From: Bacillota bacterium
GTDB lineage: Bacteria; Bacillota_I; Bacilli_A; RF39; UBA660
Length of the DNA stretch: 64,000 nucleotides
NCBI GenBank assembly: GCA_015059495.1
Contig: SVAI01000001.1
Span: forward strand, 1,055,811 to 1,119,810
Direction: 5' to 3'
A program made the position numbers and the translations under genes. The notes beneath the pieces were generated by a model. That model made no database searches, had not been told where the DNA came from, and saw only the letters and a program-made list of their open reading frames with translations. Shown in pieces: positions 60,435 to 64,000 of this stretch. The first letter of the stretch is position 1; every line of letters starts with the position of its first letter.

Positions 60435-61043
60435 ATGGAAATTAAACAAAAATATGAAGAATTATTTGAAAAATTAGCTGATATGGAAGTAGAAGAATTA
60501 GCACAATTTTTTAACTGCTCGCCAAACGATATATTATTTGACGACATAACAGATGAAAGTGAATTTAATAGTATTCCATATAAAGTAATATGTGGAGATA
60601 TTGAATTATCAGATCAAGCGTTAGTCGAAGATTTTGGCAATATAGAAGCAGTATTAGGAAGTATAAATATAGGAAGATATCCTAGTTTAGAATCAGATAT
60701 TACTTCATTAGGAAAACTAAAATACGTATATGGTGACCTACGAGCAGGATTCTCTCAACTATGTAACCTAGGCGACTTATTAGCTGTAGGTGGATGTGTT
60801 GATTTAGAAAGTGCTGATCTTAAAAGTACTGGATCTTTAGAATATGTTGGAGAAGATTTAATTATACGTGATAATAGTGATTTAAAAGATGCAAGTAGTT
60901 TAAAATATATAGGAAAAAATTTAGATTCACAAGGTACACAAATTTCATCATTTGATAATTTAGAGTATGTTGGTGGAAGTATTGATAAGGATGAAGATAC
61001 AGTAATAGATGCTAGCGTTACAAATCATGGCAGAATAAGATAA
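60435..61043 (+). CDS. Hypothetical acidic protein with about 20-aa tandem repeats (L[KE]Y[VI]G.DL...)
   Basis: AAGGAAG SD; repeats LKYVYGDLRAG..., LEYVGEDLIIRD..., LKYIGKNLDSQG..., LEYVGGSIDKDE... Confidence 0.35.
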   Translation: MEIKQKYEELFEKLADMEVEELAQFFNCSPNDILFDDITDESEFNSIPYKVICGDIELSDQALVEDFGNIEAVLGSINIGRYPSLESDITSLGKLKYVYGDLRAGFSQLCNLGDLLAVGGCVDLESADLKSTGSLEYVGEDLIIRDNSDLKDASSLKYIGKNLDSQGTQISSFDNLEYVGGSIDKDEDTVIDASVTNHGRIR

Positions 61044-61045
61044 AA

Positions 61046-61068
61046 GGGATAATACCCTTTTTAATTTT
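61046..61068 (+). terminator. Rho-independent terminator
   Basis: aaagggataataccctttttaatttt (hairpin followed by a T-run). Confidence 0.5.
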
Positions 61069-61104
61069 TATAAAATTTGGTATACTAGTAAAGAAGGTGA
61101 TGAT

Positions 61105-61920
61105 ATGAATCCAGTAATGTTTACATTTGGTAAATTTGAAATTAGATGGTATTCAGTACTTATATTAATTGGAGTTCTTTTAGCATATGAACTAGCAGCA
61201 TTTGAAGGTAAAAAATATAAAGCTCCTAAAGATTTTATATTTAACTTAACTTTCTGGTCTGTAATATTTGGACTTATTGGTGCTAGATTATATTATGTAG
61301 TATTTAACTGGCAATTATATTCTCATGACTTAACTTCTATATTTAAGTTCTGGGAAGGTGGACTTGCAATCCATGGTGGTATATTTGCAGGTTTAGTTAC
61401 AATGTACTTATACTGTAAGAAATATAAAGTTAGATTACTAAAAATAACTGATATAGCAGTACCAAGTTTATTAATTGCTCAAGCAATAGGTAGATGGGGT
61501 AACTTCTTTAACTCTGAAGCTCATGGAGCAGCAACTACTTTAGCAGAACTAAAAGAATCAAAAATAATACCAGAATTCGTTATCAATGGAATGAATATAA
61601 ATGGTATATATTATGTACCTACATTCTACTATGAATCTATTTGGTGTTTATTAGGATTTGTAATAGTACTAATAATAAGAAATAGAAAGAAAACTAAACT
61701 AGGTACTTTAACAGCATTCTATTTAATGTGGTATAGTTTTGGTAGATTCTTTATCGAAGGATCTAGAACTGATTCACTAATGATATTTGGACTTAAAGCA
61801 GCTCAAATAGTATCAGTACTATTATTTATAATTGGTTTAGTTATCATAATGATAAACTCAAGAAAGAGTGCATTTGATGATAATTATCAAGAAACAACAT
61901 TTGATGAAGTAAGATTTTAA
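61105..61920 (+). CDS. lgt: Prolipoprotein diacylglyceryl transferase
   Basis: Polytopic; LAIHGG signature (GGLAIHGGIFAG), conserved R/W. Confidence 0.8.
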   Translation: MNPVMFTFGKFEIRWYSVLILIGVLLAYELAAFEGKKYKAPKDFIFNLTFWSVIFGLIGARLYYVVFNWQLYSHDLTSIFKFWEGGLAIHGGIFAGLVTMYLYCKKYKVRLLKITDIAVPSLLIAQAIGRWGNFFNSEAHGAATTLAELKESKIIPEFVINGMNINGIYYVPTFYYESIWCLLGFVIVLIIRNRKKTKLGTLTAFYLMWYSFGRFFIEGSRTDSLMIFGLKAAQIVSVLLFIIGLVIIMINSRKSAFDDNYQETTFDEVRF

Positions 61921-61951
61921 TTGCTTCATTTTTTTATTTATATTTACATTA

Positions 61952-61958
61952 TTCGACA
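61952..61958 (-). promoter_or_regulatory. Spo0A-box (TGTCGAA on minus strand) upstream of spo0A
   Basis: Plus-strand TTCGACA at 61952-61958 is the reverse complement of the 0A-box consensus TGTCGAA; about 95 nt upstream of the spo0A start. Confidence 0.35.
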
Positions 61959-62052
61959 GTACTTATCAAAACATTTCCTAGTAATTTGTCTTAATTAATA
62001 ATATAATTAAGTCATGCTTTAAAAATATAATATACGAGGAGAAAGAAGAGAA

Positions 62053-62811
62053 ATGATTAATGTATTTATGGTGGATAGCAATGAATCTACTATTAAAGAA
62101 GTTAAGCAGTATTTTAGTAACCATAGCAGTATATGTATTAAAAACACTTGTAAAGATGGTTTAGAGGCCATTAATGAACTTAAAACTAATAAGTATGACG
62201 TATTACTATTAGATCCAATAATATCAAAAATAGACGGTATAGAACTATTAAAATTAATGTCTAATAATAATATAAATACTAAAGTAATTATTTATAGTGA
62301 TTATTTTAATCACAATATAGTATCATCTATTTATAAATTTGATATATCATTTTATTTATTAAAAGATACTAATAAAGATATATTAGAACAAAGAATAATT
62401 GATGCTACTAAATTAAACTATATAGAATTAGAATTTAATGATAATTCAATTAGTAAGAAAACATCTAAACTATTACATGATTTAGGTATGCCATCTCATA
62501 TAAAAGGATATCAATATATTAGGGATGCTATTATTATGATGTATAATGATAAATCTTATATTGGAGGTATAACTAAAATGTTATATCCAGATATAGCTAA
62601 AAAATATGAAACAACACCATCACGTGTTGAAAGAGCAATAAGACATGCTATTGAAGTATCATGGACTAGAGGTGATTATGACTTAATGGATGAGATATTT
62701 GGTCACTCTGTAGACTTTGATAGAGCTAAACCAACTAACTCAGAATTTCTAGCAACTCTAGCAGATAAACTTAATTTAGATGAGAAAATAAATAATAGAA
62801 ATTACATTTAA
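62053..62811 (+). CDS. spo0A: Stage 0 sporulation protein A (response regulator with Spo0A_C DNA-binding domain)
   Basis: Receiver domain (VDSNE, LLLDPII); C-terminal MPSHIKGYQYIRDAIIMMYND...ITKMLYPDIAKKYETTPSRVERAIRHAIEVSWTRG...KPTNSEFLATLADKL is a near-consensus Spo0A_C domain. Confidence 0.75.
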   Translation: MINVFMVDSNESTIKEVKQYFSNHSSICIKNTCKDGLEAINELKTNKYDVLLLDPIISKIDGIELLKLMSNNNINTKVIIYSDYFNHNIVSSIYKFDISFYLLKDTNKDILEQRIIDATKLNYIELEFNDNSISKKTSKLLHDLGMPSHIKGYQYIRDAIIMMYNDKSYIGGITKMLYPDIAKKYETTPSRVERAIRHAIEVSWTRGDYDLMDEIFGHSVDFDRAKPTNSEFLATLADKLNLDEKINNRNYI

Positions 62812-62878
62812 ATGGCATGTTTATGCTATTTTTTTATTATATTTTGTTATATAATAAAAAATATAGGGAGGGTATTAA

Positions 62879-64000
62879 ATGAAAAAGGTAATCTTAATAA
62901 TATTTGATGGTTTTGGTATGAGAAAAGAAAAAGAAGGTAATGCAGTATTAAATGCTGATATGCCTAACTTTAACTATCTTTTAAATAATTATCCTCATTG
63001 TCTTTTACAAGCATCAGGTAAATATGTTGGTTTAGAAGATAATCAAATGGGTAACTCTGAAGTAGGACACTTATCTATCGGAGCAGGTAGATTAGTAAAA
63101 CAAAACTTCATGCAAATAGAAGAAATGTTTAAAAATAAAGAACTAGAAGATAATGAAGCTTATTTAGATATGGTTAAATATGTACATGAAAATAATAAAC
63201 CACTTCATTTAATGGCTTTAATATCACCCGGAGGCATTCACTCTCACTTAAACTTTATTTTATCTATGTTAGATAATCTTCATAAAGATAATGTTAATAA
63301 TGTTTATGTACATGCTATAACAGATGGTAGAGATACTGATGTTCATAGTGCATATTCTTATATAGCGCAAGTAGAAGAAAAACTAGAAAAATATAAAATG
63401 GGTAAAGTAGTATCTGTATGTGGTAGATACTATGCGATGGATAGAGATAAAAAATGGGCTAGAACTAAATACTATTCAGATATGATAACAGAAGGTAAAG
63501 CAGTTAAAGTACCAAGTGCCAGAATGGGTATAGATTTATGTTATAAAAAGAATATAACTGATGAATTTATTCCACCACTAATAATTGATGATACTAAAAT
63601 AATTCAAGATGGGGACGCACTACTATGGTTTAACTATAGACCTGATAGAGCAAAACAAATCTTAAGAGTATTAACAGATACAACATTTTCAGAATATCAA
63701 ACTAAAAAATACCCTAATTTAAAAACTTATACAATATATAAAATAGATGAAGCAATTAATTCTAAACATTTATTAGATCATATAGATGTAATTAACCCAA
63801 TGGGTGAGTATTTAGCATCACTAGGCTTATCACAAGCTCGTATTGCTGAAACAGAAAAGTATGCTCATGTTACTTACTTCTTTGATGGTGGCAGAGAACT
63901 AATATTAAATAACTGTGATAGATTCTTAATCCCATCACCTAAAGTAGCAACATATGATTTAAAACCTGAAATGTCTTCACATGATGTAACAAGACAAGTT
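62879..64000 (+). CDS. gpmI: 2,3-bisphosphoglycerate-independent phosphoglycerate mutase (partial, runs off window)
   Basis: MKKVILIIFDGFGMRKEKEGNAVLNADMPNFNYL...MGNSEVGHLSIGAGR; GGGAGGG SD; open to the window end (absent from ORF track because no stop in window). Confidence 0.85.
   Translation, partial: MKKVILIIFDGFGMRKEKEGNAVLNADMPNFNYLLNNYPHCLLQASGKYVGLEDNQMGNSEVGHLSIGAGRLVKQNFMQIEEMFKNKELEDNEAYLDMVKYVHENNKPLHLMALISPGGIHSHLNFILSMLDNLHKDNVNNVYVHAITDGRDTDVHSAYSYIAQVEEKLEKYKMGKVVSVCGRYYAMDRDKKWARTKYYSDMITEGKAVKVPSARMGIDLCYKKNITDEFIPPLIIDDTKIIQDGDALLWFNYRPDRAKQILRVLTDTTFSEYQTKKYPNLKTYTIYKIDEAINSKHLLDHIDVINPMGEYLASLGLSQARIAETEKYAHVTYFFDGGRELILNNCDRFLIPSPKVATYDLKPEMSSHDVTRQV

Noticed and set aside
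1-64000. CRISPR arrays, rRNA and tRNA genes, IS elements or transposases
   Set aside because: No regularly spaced direct repeats, no rRNA-like GC-rich stretches other than tmRNA, and no transposase or integrase-like ORFs were found in any frame.

Overview
This is a very AT-rich (roughly 27-30% GC by eye) chromosomal window from a Firmicutes-type genome that encodes the RNA polymerase delta subunit (rpoE) and a set of sporulation genes (spoIIR, spoIID, a SpoIIQ-like degenerate M23 protein, CotF-like proteins, a CwlD-like amidase and spo0A). That combination suggests an endospore-forming, Erysipelotrichia-like or Bacilli-like organism. The window is a largely collinear housekeeping backbone with Bacillus-like synteny: class A PBP, rpoE, prfA-prmC-spoIIR, murA, rpmE, rpiB, spoIID, rplI-dnaB, a yycJ-like gene followed by rlmH, typA, cysS, prfB with its +1 frameshift, tilS, ftsH, soj-spo0J, uvrA, lgt, spo0A and gpmI. 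An accessory-looking block is centred on a tmRNA gene (ssrA, 34799-35168). Upstream of it on the minus strand is a three-gene operon of bitopic membrane/surface proteins. These include a 712-aa protein carrying 13 copies of a CPxGY..C two-cysteine repeat and a protein whose N-terminal J-domain-like module lacks the HPD motif. Downstream lies a gene-poor-in-annotation stretch with CotF-like proteins, small hypotheticals, an SLT-like membrane protein, a CmpB-like membrane protein, an amidase, and an Abi_2-family abortive-infection-like gene translationally coupled to an HtrA-like protease. Other notable items: a 651-aa protein with a perfect type IV prepilin N-terminus and a thrombospondin-type-1-like Cys-rich C-terminus, next to a BspA-type LRR lipoprotein. 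A 25-codon Cys-rich leader ORF overlaps the cysS start. A 30-aa highly basic small gene has its own promoter, SD and terminator. A ClpC-like ATPase lacks the D2 domain. A sortase-signal (NPETG) surface protein lies next to a radical SAM/SPASM enzyme. No rRNA, tRNA, CRISPR arrays, transposases or integrases were recognised. All calls are from reading the sequence and ORF track; no database searches were run.
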